NCBI GenBank assembly: GCA_036845225.1
Contig: DAIUEJ010000007.1
Coordinates: 6,578-70,577, forward strand
From: Candidatus Anoxymicrobiaceae bacterium
GTDB lineage: Bacteria; Actinomycetota; Geothermincolia; Fen-727; Anoxymicrobiaceae
Reading direction: 5' to 3'
Length of the DNA stretch: 64,000 nucleotides
The position numbers were made by a program, and so were the translations under genes. Numbering within the stretch: the stretch's first letter is position 1; each line of letters begins with the position of its first letter. The notes under the pieces are model-generated. The model searched no databases and was not told the origin of the DNA. It worked only from the letters and a program-made list of their open reading frames with translations. Shown here piece by piece: positions 36,155 through 45,139 of the stretch.

Positions 36155-36814
36155 ATGAAGAGCATAACGGCTCAGAAGCCTCTCGAGGAACTGCTCGAGA
36201 TCCTGGGCACCGCGAGCAAAGTGTTCATCGCGGGGTGCGGCACCTGCCCGACCCTCATCGGCACGGGCGGCATCGACCAGGTGGCTGACCTCGCCGCTTC
36301 GCTCAAAGAAGCGGGAAAGCGTGTCACCGGGACAGTAGTGCTTCCCGTCGCGTGCGAGCCGCTGCCGTTCGAGGCGCGCCGTGAGTTCCTCGAGGGCACT
36401 TCCAAGGCGGACGCGGTCCTGGTGATGTCCTGCGCCTACGGCGTGCGACAGGTGGCGGACATCGTGGCCGGGCCGACGCTCCCGGCTCTCAACACGCTCT
36501 TCATCGGCCGCGAAGAGGGGCCGGGTGTCTTCGTGGAGGAATGCAGCCAGTGCGGCGATTGCGTACTCGGTCTGACCGCCGGGATCTGCCCGATCACCAG
36601 GTGCGCGAAGAGCCTGTTCAACGGGCCCTGCGGCGGCTCGGTCGCAGGCAAGTGCGAAGTCGACCCGAAGATCCCTTGCGGCTGGCAGATGATCTACGAC
36701 CGGCTCAAGGAGCTGGGCCGCCTCGAGCAGATGGAGGTAATCATCCCCATCAGGGACTGGAGCAAAGGCTGGTCCGGCGGGCCGAGGCGGTACTCGATGA
36801 ACGAGAAGAAATAA
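36155..36814 (+). CDS. metV: Methylene-THF reductase small Fe-S subunit (MetV)
   Basis: GCGTCPT, CSQCGDCVLGLTAGICPITRCAKSLFNGPCGG, KCEV...CGWQ. Confidence 0.88.
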   Translation: MKSITAQKPLEELLEILGTASKVFIAGCGTCPTLIGTGGIDQVADLAASLKEAGKRVTGTVVLPVACEPLPFEARREFLEGTSKADAVLVMSCAYGVRQVADIVAGPTLPALNTLFIGREEGPGVFVEECSQCGDCVLGLTAGICPITRCAKSLFNGPCGGSVAGKCEVDPKIPCGWQMIYDRLKELGRLEQMEVIIPIRDWSKGWSGGPRRYSMNEKK

Positions 36815-36821
36815 GAGGGCC

Positions 36822-38063
36822 ATGCGCTACGAACTGCTCTACGAGATATCCAAGCCGGTCATCGAGGCCGCGGGAGTCAGCAACGTCCTGAGCTCCATTG
36901 TCGAGAGCACCTCGAAGGGGACAGGCGCCAAAGGCTGCTCGCTTCTGACCCTCTCTCCGGACGGCAAGACGCTGGAGCACATGGTGTCCTACGGCCTCAG
37001 CGCAGATTACCTGAGCAAGGGCGAGATCGTGGTCGATGACGCGATCAGGGAGATGCTCGCGGGGCAGCCCATCAACATCGTGAACGTGGCCGACGACCCG
37101 CGCATCCAGTACTCCGAGCAGGCGCTGAAGGAAGGGATCTCGTCGCTCCTCTCGATCCCGGTCCGCGGGACGTCGGGCAACATCATCGGGCTGCTGCGGC
37201 TCTACATGTCCAAGGTGACGAAGTTCAAGCGCGGCGAGACGGACTTCCTCGTCTCGATCGCCGACCTGGGAGGGATAGTCCTCGAGAAAGCCGAGGCCTA
37301 CGACCGCCTGAAGACTGACGTGGATGACGCGAAGTCCGAGATAGAGAAACTCGAAGATGACCGCGAGATGTTTCTGCAGTTCCTCTCCATGGTGGCGCAC
37401 GACCTGAAAGCGCCGGTCGGCGCGGTCGAGAGCTACCTCAAGGTCATGCTGCGGGGCTCGCCGGGCCCCCTGACGGAGAAACAGGAGCGTTGGCTCGAGC
37501 GCAGCATCGTGCGGCTCGACAGCATGCTCGAGCTGATAAGCGACCTGCTGGACGTGTCGCGCCTGGAGACCGGCCAGGTGGCTCCTGAGATGGAGATGAC
37601 CTCGCTCAGGGGCGTCCTGGAGAACTGCGTGGAGACGGCCAGGGGGTTGGCCGACCCCAGGGGCGTCCGCATAATCGCGGACATCGATGGCGATTTCCCC
37701 GCGGTCTACGCGTCGGGGAGGCGCCTGGCGCAGGTCATCAACAACCTGGTATCGAACGCGGTGAGGTATACGCCGGAGGACGGGACCATCGAGATGCGCG
37801 CCGGTCTCGAGGGCGACCACATGCTGGTCGTCGTCGAGGACTCGGGCTCCGGGATCAAGGCCGAGGCGATGCCGAAGATATTTGATGACTTCTTCAGGGG
37901 CGACCACGAGACCGAGGGCACCGGACTGGGGCTGTCGATATGCAAGCGCGTCGTGGAACTTCATGGCGGCAGGATCTGGGCCGAGAGCCCCGTGCCTGGC
38001 AGCACCGACGGCACGAGGTTCTCCTTTACCATTCCTATGAGGCAAGCCGGGAGCGTGGGATAG
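36822..38063 (+). CDS. GAF-domain sensor histidine kinase (soluble)
   Basis: GAF region, VAHDLKAP H-box, NNLVSNA, DSGSG, GTGLGL. Confidence 0.93.
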   Translation: MRYELLYEISKPVIEAAGVSNVLSSIVESTSKGTGAKGCSLLTLSPDGKTLEHMVSYGLSADYLSKGEIVVDDAIREMLAGQPINIVNVADDPRIQYSEQALKEGISSLLSIPVRGTSGNIIGLLRLYMSKVTKFKRGETDFLVSIADLGGIVLEKAEAYDRLKTDVDDAKSEIEKLEDDREMFLQFLSMVAHDLKAPVGAVESYLKVMLRGSPGPLTEKQERWLERSIVRLDSMLELISDLLDVSRLETGQVAPEMEMTSLRGVLENCVETARGLADPRGVRIIADIDGDFPAVYASGRRLAQVINNLVSNAVRYTPEDGTIEMRAGLEGDHMLVVVEDSGSGIKAEAMPKIFDDFFRGDHETEGTGLGLSICKRVVELHGGRIWAESPVPGSTDGTRFSFTIPMRQAGSVG

Positions 38064-38084
38064 ACTCAAAAGGGGTTTATTAAG

Positions 38085-39002
38085 ATGAAAGCCGGGACGA
38101 ATCTGGAGAAAGTGCTCGAGGCGGGCAATTTCGCGGTGACCGCGGAGATCGGCCCCCCCAAGGGCGGGTCGGCAAAGGTGATCGAGTCGAAGGGCGAGAC
38201 GCTGCGGCATGCCGCGGACGCGTTCAACGTGACCGATAACCAGACCGCGGTGGTTCGGATGTCCAGCCTGGCCGCGTGCGGCATCTTGAAGAGCATGGGC
38301 CTGGACCCTGTCATGCAGATGCTCTGCCGCGACCGCAACCGGATCATGCTGCAGGGGGACGTGTGCGGGGCGGTGGCGCTCGGCGTCGGCAACCTCCTGT
38401 GTCTCACTGGCGACCACGTCAAGTTTGGAAACCATCCCGAGGCCAAGGTCGTGTTCGATATCGACTCGGTGCAGCTCATCCAGGCGGTCAAGACCATGCG
38501 CGACGAGGGCAAGTTCATAAGCGGCGAGGAGATCGCGGGGCCGATCCCGATGTTCATCGGCGCGGTCGAGAACCCGTACGCGGACCCCTTCGAGTTCCGC
38601 ACGGCGAGGCTCGACAAGAAGGTCAGGGCCGGCGCCGACTTCATCCAGACGCAGGCGGTGTACGACGTCGGAAAGTTCGCTAAGTGGATGGACGAGATCT
38701 GCGCAGCGGGTATCGATCAGCGGACTCACATTCTCGCCGGAATCATCCCGGTGAAGGCCGTCGGCATGGCTCGCTACATGAGGGACTACGTCTCGGGCGT
38801 CGAGATCCCCGATTCGATGATCAAGAGACTGGAGAAGTCAAAGGACGTCAGGGAAGAAGGGATTCAGGTCATCCTCGATATAATAGAAGAGGTCAAGCTG
38901 ATACCCGGTGTGCACGGAATACATATCCAGGCCGTCGGTTGGGAGGATATCGTCCCCGAGATCGTAGAGCGGGCGGGCCTGCTACCGAGACCGATGCTTT
39001 AG
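38085..39002 (+). CDS. metF: Methylenetetrahydrofolate reductase
   Basis: VTAEIGPPKG, NVTDNQ, CRDRNRI, LCLTGDH, GADFIQTQ, GIHIQA. Confidence 0.92.
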   Translation: MKAGTNLEKVLEAGNFAVTAEIGPPKGGSAKVIESKGETLRHAADAFNVTDNQTAVVRMSSLAACGILKSMGLDPVMQMLCRDRNRIMLQGDVCGAVALGVGNLLCLTGDHVKFGNHPEAKVVFDIDSVQLIQAVKTMRDEGKFISGEEIAGPIPMFIGAVENPYADPFEFRTARLDKKVRAGADFIQTQAVYDVGKFAKWMDEICAAGIDQRTHILAGIIPVKAVGMARYMRDYVSGVEIPDSMIKRLEKSKDVREEGIQVILDIIEEVKLIPGVHGIHIQAVGWEDIVPEIVERAGLLPRPML

Positions 39003-39015
39003 GGAGGGGAGCAAA

Positions 39016-39420
39016 TTGGCAGCGAAGATACTGGTCGTTGACGACGATCCCGACATCAGGGACGTGCTCGAGGAGTTGCTGGTGGGCGAGGGGTACGAAG
39101 TGGTGACGGCCAACGACGGCGTCCAGGGGCTAGCGGCGATCAAGAAAGAGAATCCCGACATGATGATCCTGGACCTGCTGATGCCTCAGTTGGACGGGTT
39201 CGGCGTGTGCAAGCAGTTGCAGGACCCTCGCTGGTCGAAGTGGAAGGGCATGCCCATCCTCATCCTGACCTCGGTCCGCGAGGAGGTCAGCCAGAGGCGC
39301 TACGAGCTCGAGACCGGCTTGAGCCTGGACGTCGACGACTACGTCGAGAAGCCGATAGATCCCGACGTGGTGCTGGAACGGGTCAAGAACCTGCTGGCTC
39401 GCAAAGGCATTGATGTATAA
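39016..39420 (+). CDS. Single-domain response regulator
   Basis: ILVVDDD, ILDLLMPQLDG, LTS, YVEKP; no output domain. Confidence 0.92.
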   Translation: MAAKILVVDDDPDIRDVLEELLVGEGYEVVTANDGVQGLAAIKKENPDMMILDLLMPQLDGFGVCKQLQDPRWSKWKGMPILILTSVREEVSQRRYELETGLSLDVDDYVEKPIDPDVVLERVKNLLARKGIDV

Positions 39421-39459
39421 TAGGAATCCGTTCAATACGGGCTAGAGCAGGAGGATGGA

Positions 39460-39834
39460 ATGAAGAAAGTACTTCTGGTTGATGACGACAAGGACTTCGT
39501 AGAGTCCACGAAAGCTGTGCTCGAGGAGAAATACGAGGTAATCGTGGCCTACGACGGCGACGAGGGAATCAAGACCGCCAAGGCCGAGATGCCCGACCTC
39601 ATCATCCTGGACGTGATAATGCCTACGGAAGACGGCTTCAGTGCAGCAGAGGAGATGAAGAACGATCCCGACATCTCCATGATCCCGATAATAATGCTGA
39701 CCAGCTTCTCGACGCGCGGGGTCGAGACGAACATCCCGCGGAGCAAGGGCATGGACCTCCAGTCCGAGGACTACATAGAGAAGCCGGTCGAGCCGGACGT
39801 CCTGCTCGCGCACGCGGAGAAGCTGCTCAGCTAG
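39460..39834 (+). CDS. Single-domain response regulator
   Basis: VLLVDDD, ILDVIMP, LTS, YIEKP. Confidence 0.92.
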   Translation: MKKVLLVDDDKDFVESTKAVLEEKYEVIVAYDGDEGIKTAKAEMPDLIILDVIMPTEDGFSAAEEMKNDPDISMIPIIMLTSFSTRGVETNIPRSKGMDLQSEDYIEKPVEPDVLLAHAEKLLS

Positions 39835-39885
39835 ATCCGCCCGGCGGGTGAGTGCCCGGGCGCGCGCGATAAGCCGGGCACCGGT

Positions 39886-40602
39886 CTAGACCAGCACCTC
39901 GTACTCAGTGATTTTCAGAGGTTCTCCAAGAAGAGTCGTGCCTGTGCGCATGAAGTTGTGGAAGAGGCCGTCAAAGATCGCCTTGGCCTCGTCGTGCAGG
40001 TAATAGATCGGCACCGCCGGGTTCACATCATCGTAGAAGAACCCCGTCAGGATCCCACCGCGCGGGTAATCCAGCCGGGCCCCGTGTATCTCGTGCAGCG
40101 CCGGAAGGTCCAGGTGCTCGAAGAGCTGCATGAAGGAACGCTTGATGGTGCTCACCCCGCCGCACAGGCCCGCCTTGAACCCGTAATCGATAAGGGCTGA
40201 GATCATCGTCGTGGAGACGAAGTGGCGCGGTAGCGGGTTGTCTCCGGGTCGTTTGATGGCGGTGAGGCGGCTCACCTCGCGGACGCCCTCGCGAGGGCAA
40301 GGGGCAAGCTGAGTCGGCGTCTCGAACTCGTAGTAGACCGATTCGGTCGGGAGCTCCTCGGAATCGATGAGACGAGCGGCGGCAAGCAGCGCTCCGTTCG
40401 CGTACGTGCCGAAGTAGATACTGGCCAGGTCGTATTCGTCGTCGAATATCGCCAGGTCGCCTGGGATGTACCCGCGGCGCTGGTACTCATTCTTGATGAG
40501 GTCCTTGACCTCGCGAAGCTCGCCCTCTTTCGCGACCAGGCCGGAGACTATCTCGATATGCTCGCCGCGATACTCAATGCCGAGCCTCTTAACGGGTTCC
40601 AT
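39886..40602 (-). CDS. N-acyl amino acid synthase (FeeM)/AHL-synthase-like GNAT-fold protein
   Basis: EYQRRGYI...FDDEYD...YFG...AAARLI and EVSRLT, a LuxI/FeeM-like pattern. Confidence 0.62.
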   Translation of the reverse strand: MEPVKRLGIEYRGEHIEIVSGLVAKEGELREVKDLIKNEYQRRGYIPGDLAIFDDEYDLASIYFGTYANGALLAAARLIDSEELPTESVYYEFETPTQLAPCPREGVREVSRLTAIKRPGDNPLPRHFVSTTMISALIDYGFKAGLCGGVSTIKRSFMQLFEHLDLPALHEIHGARLDYPRGGILTGFFYDDVNPAVPIYYLHDEAKAIFDGLFHNFMRTGTTLLGEPLKITEYEVLV

Positions 40603-40649
40603 TCAAAGCCTTTCGGTCGTGCCGGTCTGTCGCACACGCGTAGATTACC

Positions 40650-42125
40650 TTACTCCGTCGGCCTCATGTCAACAATGCGCATGGCCTTAAGCGTCACCGT
40701 CGGGTCGAATATCTCGGACATCTCCACGAAATCGATCTTCGCCGTCATCTCCACGGCCTTGCGCATGCGCTCCTGGAGCTCCACCTCGATCTCGCCCTCG
40801 GCGCGCGACGGCATCGCCGCCACCTTGATGATGAGCTCGTCCCCGGAGTACGGGTCGTTCGGATCCTTGGTGGTCAGGACGATCTGGTACTCGGCGACAC
40901 CTGCGGTGTTCGCGATCTCGTCGCGCATGATCTCCGGGTTTATCAGCGTCCCCTTGAGGTTGATGAGCTCGCTGGTGCGGCTCGCGTAGGTGCTGCCGAC
41001 GGCGACCTGCATCCGGACGCTGTTGCGCCCGCAGTGCGGGCACGTCTCGTGCGTGATGGCGGCGAAGTCCCCGATGACATAGCGCAAGAGGACTGTCCCG
41101 GTGCGCACGAGGTGTGTGATGCAGAGCAGTCCCACTTCGCCGTCGGGAACGCGCTCACCGGTCTCCTCGTCCACGACCTCGAAGAAATACGAGCCGGGGT
41201 CGGGCGAGTGGCAGCCCGAGAATTCCTCGCACTCGGACAGGGCTCCCTGCATCTCGGTGAAGCCGTACGAGTTCGAGATGAACGGGCGGTCGGCGCCCAT
41301 GTTCTCGAGCCGCATCCGGATGTCGTCGCGCATGCCCTTCGGCGCGGCCTCACCCAGCAGCTGGCACCCGAGGATGTGCGAATAGTCGCGGCCCTGCTCC
41401 TCCGCCTTCATTATCACCCGGCGCACGAAGCTCCCGATCCCAACCAGGACATCCGCCTCGGTGTACTCGATGAGCTCGATGGCGTAGTCCATGCTTCGGT
41501 GAATGTGGAACTCCTCGTGCGGCATGCCCGTGCAGGCGAACGCGCCCTGCCCCAGCGGCGACATGGTGATGATATCGCGCGCCCGGAAGAACCCGATGTG
41601 AGGGATAGGGCCGAGCGGGAAGAGGTTCACCGTGTGCATGCCTGAGATGGCTCCCCCGATCTTCATAGCCCGGAAGATGAGCTGATAGGTCGCGTAGGCG
41701 TCGTTGATGGTGTTGTAGAAGGGCGTTGGCACGCCAGTCGTGGTGCCGGTAGTGTAGGTGACCTCCCAGAGCCAGTCGTAGAGGGTCGCGTTGGTCAGCT
41801 TCAGCTTGAAAGCCTCAGGGTCTGCCATGTAGTCGCGCTTGTAGGTCAGCGGCAGCGCCTTGAGGTCGTCGACGGTCTGGATCTTCGCCGGGTCGATCTT
41901 CTCTCGCTTGAAGAGCTCCTTGTAGTAGGCGCTGCCGTCGGCGATGCGCTCCATCTCGCGGCGGAGGTTCTTGTTCTGCAGCGCGAGGATATCGTCCTTT
42001 GAGAAGAAGTTAGGGTCGTCTTTGTCCTCGGCGTACAGGGGCTCGCTCGCGATGAACTTCAGGGTGTTCTCGGGAGTGACCTCGAACGCGGTCATCGAGC
42101 CGTCGGGGTTTCGCATCCGGAGCAT
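40650..42125 (-). CDS. Phenylacetate--CoA ligase (PaaK)-like adenylating enzyme
   Basis: LPLTYKRD, YTTGTTTGVP, YGFTE, EVVDEETGE, LRYVIGD, LINLKGTLINP. Confidence 0.85.
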   Translation of the reverse strand: MLRMRNPDGSMTAFEVTPENTLKFIASEPLYAEDKDDPNFFSKDDILALQNKNLRREMERIADGSAYYKELFKREKIDPAKIQTVDDLKALPLTYKRDYMADPEAFKLKLTNATLYDWLWEVTYTTGTTTGVPTPFYNTINDAYATYQLIFRAMKIGGAISGMHTVNLFPLGPIPHIGFFRARDIITMSPLGQGAFACTGMPHEEFHIHRSMDYAIELIEYTEADVLVGIGSFVRRVIMKAEEQGRDYSHILGCQLLGEAAPKGMRDDIRMRLENMGADRPFISNSYGFTEMQGALSECEEFSGCHSPDPGSYFFEVVDEETGERVPDGEVGLLCITHLVRTGTVLLRYVIGDFAAITHETCPHCGRNSVRMQVAVGSTYASRTSELINLKGTLINPEIMRDEIANTAGVAEYQIVLTTKDPNDPYSGDELIIKVAAMPSRAEGEIEVELQERMRKAVEMTAKIDFVEMSEIFDPTVTLKAMRIVDMRPTE

Positions 42126-42187
42126 GGCGTTCCTCCTTCGTGCGGGTGTCGCGTGCCGGGAACAAATATATCAGAGCCACCGCAATG

Positions 42188-42307
42188 ACGTCGTTCGTTT
42201 TCCACTTTTCTTTACACTTTTTCAGCGCGAACAATCTGCGCCACTGGGGTCTGACCCCGCTGGCGCAGCCTCGAGAAGTGTAAAGAAAAGTGGAAAACGA
42301 ACGACGT
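42188..42307. mobile_element. 120-bp MITE-like unit: 32-bp perfect terminal inverted repeats around a GGGGTCTGACCCC hairpin
   Basis: ACGTCGTTCGTTTTCCACTTTTCTTTACACTT (42188-42219) is the exact reverse complement of 42276-42307; the centre holds TGCGCCACT-GGGGTCTGACCCC-GCTGGCGCA (42237-42267). Confidence 0.75.
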
Positions 42308-42314
42308 AACCTGG

Positions 42315-43334
42315 TTACTTCATCACTTTCTTGAGCCACGTCGAGACCGCCGGGATGATCTCGTCCACGAAGTCCGTCATCACCAGGTGGTATGCCTCCG
42401 GCAGGTACAGGAACTCCTTCTCGCAGGTCAGCCGGCCGTAGACGCGACGCACGTAATCTTCCGGGAAGATATTGTCGTGCCCCGCATGGACGACCATCAC
42501 GGGTGTCTCTATCTCCTCGACCTTGCGCGCCATCGGGGTCGTGGACAGGGACGCCAGCGCGCGCAGGCTGATGGCACGGACCACCAGCGGGTCTTCTTTC
42601 ATGAAGGCATTGAGGTCGGGGATGAAGCGGCTCTCCTCCGCTCCGAGGTTGAGGTAGAGCCATATCGGGGTCCGCAGCTCGCCGAGCGGAGACTGCGTCA
42701 GAGGAAGCAGGTACGGCAGCAGCGGCATCGCGGGCCGGAACAGTCCGGGCCACCGCGTGATGCGCTCGTTGTCCGGCTCGTCCGGGGCGATGAGGTTGTG
42801 GCACACAGCGGCTTTCAGGCGCGGGTCGGCCGCCGCGGCGTAGAAGGCGACCATGCCGCCCTGGCTGGAGCCGGAGACGGCAACCTTGTCGTTGTATGTC
42901 TCGATGGCGTGGCTTGTTACCTCGCGTGCGTCCTCGACCTGTGAGCCCAGAGTGTAGCTGCCCCGCTTGCCGCTGCTCCGGCCGTGCCCCTTGGGGTCGA
43001 ACCCGACAACGTTGAAACCCTGCCGGCTGAGCTTGTACATGAACTCCAGATAGAGCAGCGCGTAAACCGCCGTCCCCGGGATGAACACCATCACGGGGTC
43101 CTCCGGTTTCGATTCAAAGTGGTACAGGTGGAGGTCGCGGCCCTCGAGGCGCAGCACCTCGTCCTTCCAGGTGCCCCATAGTCCTTCCTGGCCGAAGCGC
43201 CCCATGAGCGCCTTGCCGTACGCGTCGGTCTCCTCGACGGGCGGGACGGGCCTGTTCATCTCGTAGTAGCTGTAGCCGGCCCATCCAAGCATCCCTGACG
43301 CGGCTGCAGCGGCGGCCTTCTTCTTGAACGCCAT
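42315..43334 (-). CDS. Alpha/beta hydrolase (monoacylglycerol lipase/lysophospholipase-like)
   Basis: DPKGHGRSSGKRG, GSSQGG nucleophile, AGHDNI, AYH; N-terminal hydrophobic anchor. Confidence 0.88.
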   Translation of the reverse strand: MAFKKKAAAAAASGMLGWAGYSYYEMNRPVPPVEETDAYGKALMGRFGQEGLWGTWKDEVLRLEGRDLHLYHFESKPEDPVMVFIPGTAVYALLYLEFMYKLSRQGFNVVGFDPKGHGRSSGKRGSYTLGSQVEDAREVTSHAIETYNDKVAVSGSSQGGMVAFYAAAADPRLKAAVCHNLIAPDEPDNERITRWPGLFRPAMPLLPYLLPLTQSPLGELRTPIWLYLNLGAEESRFIPDLNAFMKEDPLVVRAISLRALASLSTTPMARKVEEIETPVMVVHAGHDNIFPEDYVRRVYGRLTCEKEFLYLPEAYHLVMTDFVDEIIPAVSTWLKKVMK

Positions 43335-43499
43335 CAACAGGCTCCTTTCGCAAGACATGAACGGTCAGCGAGAATCTCTCACATGCCGGTTGTTCCCGCA
43401 AGTTGGCGGACGTAATCCAGGTGACCTGCGAACAAGGTGAGCAGGCAGAGCGCCGCAAAGACTATTGTGTGACCGTCATATGGAGACTGGGGGTATGAC

Positions 43500-44144
43500 A
43501 TGTACTTCGCATACACCGAAGCGGCCGAGCAAGCCCTCCGTAACCTGAGGAGCACCGCAAACTTCCAGTGGTTCCTGATCCCGCTGCTGGCGTTCTGCTT
43601 CTACGTCTATTTCGTGGAGGTCGAGCGCAAGAACTGGAACGTCATCATGGCGGGCCTGGCGTTCTGGGGGCTCGAGTGGTTCCTGGAGATCTGCAACGCG
43701 CTGTGACTGCGCGGCACCCACCACGCCGCCGTGTGGTTGGCGCCGGGGAGGTCGGCGTACCTGATCATGGTCGGGCTGACTATCGAGATAAGCATGATGT
43801 TCCTCGTGGCGGGCGTGATCCTCGCGAAGAGCCTGCCGGCCGACAAGAAGATGAAGATCCGGGGGATCCCGAACAGGTGGGTCCTCATCGTGGCGTACTC
43901 GCTGCTGTTCGTCTTCATCGAGGTGATACTGCACTTCTGGGGCGTGCTGGTGTGGACCTACTGGTGGTGGAACTGGCCGTTCGTGCTGCTCATCATCCTC
44001 ATCGGGTACATGCCTTACATGATCTTCTCGTTCTGGATACACGACATGCCGTCGCTGAAGAAGAAGATCGTCATCGTCTCGGGCGTGTATGCGCTTGATA
44101 TCGTGCTGCTGGTCGTGTTCATGGGAATACTGAAGTGGATATAA
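43500..44144 (+). pseudogene. Membrane protein interrupted by an in-frame TGA at 43704-43706
   Basis: The track ORFs 43500-43706 and 43731-44144 are in the same frame and continuous (CNAL*LRGTHHAAVWLAPGRSAY). Confidence 0.75.
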
Positions 44145-44180
44145 CTTCTCCCTCCCCCTTCAGCGGTGGGGCTTGATGTC

Positions 44181-44217
44181 CCCTCCCCCTTGAGGGGGGA
44201 GGGTCGGGGTGGGGGTG
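44181..44217. repeat. CCCTCCCCC/GGGGGAGGG palindromic repeat (second copy)
   Basis: Identical inverted copy of 31624-31660; a degenerate partial copy precedes it at about 44148. Confidence 0.88.
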
Positions 44218-44236
44218 CAATGAAAGGGAGGCGAGA

Positions 44237-45013
44237 GTGACCACACTGAAAGCCGTGCTGGCCCTGATGGACTTCAGCGACAGTCATCCGAGGCTGATCA
44301 AGTACCTGGCGCGCCCGATCGCGAACGCGCCGGTGTTGTCGGCGAGGCTGCCGGTGATGGTCCGCGCGTACATGGGGGCGACCTCCTTCGACATCCACGA
44401 CGTCGACGTGGAGAACGGGCGGTACGGAATAGGCGGGGTGGACGAGATCATGTTCGGCTCGGAGTTGCTGCGGGTCCTGCACCTGGTGCTCGCACGGATG
44501 GGGCCTGCGGAGCAGGAGCGGGCGCTCTATGACATCGGGTTCCTGACAGGCTATTACGAGGCAAAGGACGCCGTGAGGAAAGGGCGCTGGGCGCCGCGCG
44601 TGCTGGTCCCCCTGATAACGAGCGCGGGCTTGCTCGAGCGTGTGCGCAGCGACCCGACCATGGCGGAGTTCCTCAACAAGGTGCTCGCGACCGAGTCCCG
44701 CATCATCATCAATGAAGGCGGCTGGGGGAGCGTGGAGGAGTTCGACTTCAGCTCGACCCCGCTCCGGGCGGTCCTCGCGAACTCGCAGGAGGCTGCCTGG
44801 ATGGGGCCATCCGACAGCCCGGTCTGCCACTACTTCGCTGGCGGAGCGGCGGGACACGCGAGCGCGATCACGGGTGAGTTCTTCGAGGGCAGGGAGGTCG
44901 AGTGCGCCGCCGCCGGGGCGCGGAGGTGCGTCTTCGAGATGACGCCGGCTGTCGAGAGCGAAGCCGAACTCGAGCGCCGTGAGATGGCTGCTGCGCTGCT
45001 GGCGCTTCGCTGA
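44237..45013 (+). CDS. V4R-domain protein
   Basis: GWGSVE, PVCHYFAGGAAG...EVECAAAGARRCVFE V4R signature. Confidence 0.82.
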   Translation: MTTLKAVLALMDFSDSHPRLIKYLARPIANAPVLSARLPVMVRAYMGATSFDIHDVDVENGRYGIGGVDEIMFGSELLRVLHLVLARMGPAEQERALYDIGFLTGYYEAKDAVRKGRWAPRVLVPLITSAGLLERVRSDPTMAEFLNKVLATESRIIINEGGWGSVEEFDFSSTPLRAVLANSQEAAWMGPSDSPVCHYFAGGAAGHASAITGEFFEGREVECAAAGARRCVFEMTPAVESEAELERREMAAALLALR

Positions 45014-45139
45014 GCAAGGTGACCGGATTGGTCTAGGTGACACAGCGGAGATGCATTTCGATGAAACGCACCACCGCTGCAAGATTTGAGGCGCCAATGC
45101 GCCGTGCGGTCAGGTTAAAACCTGCCCCCTCCCTCTTGT

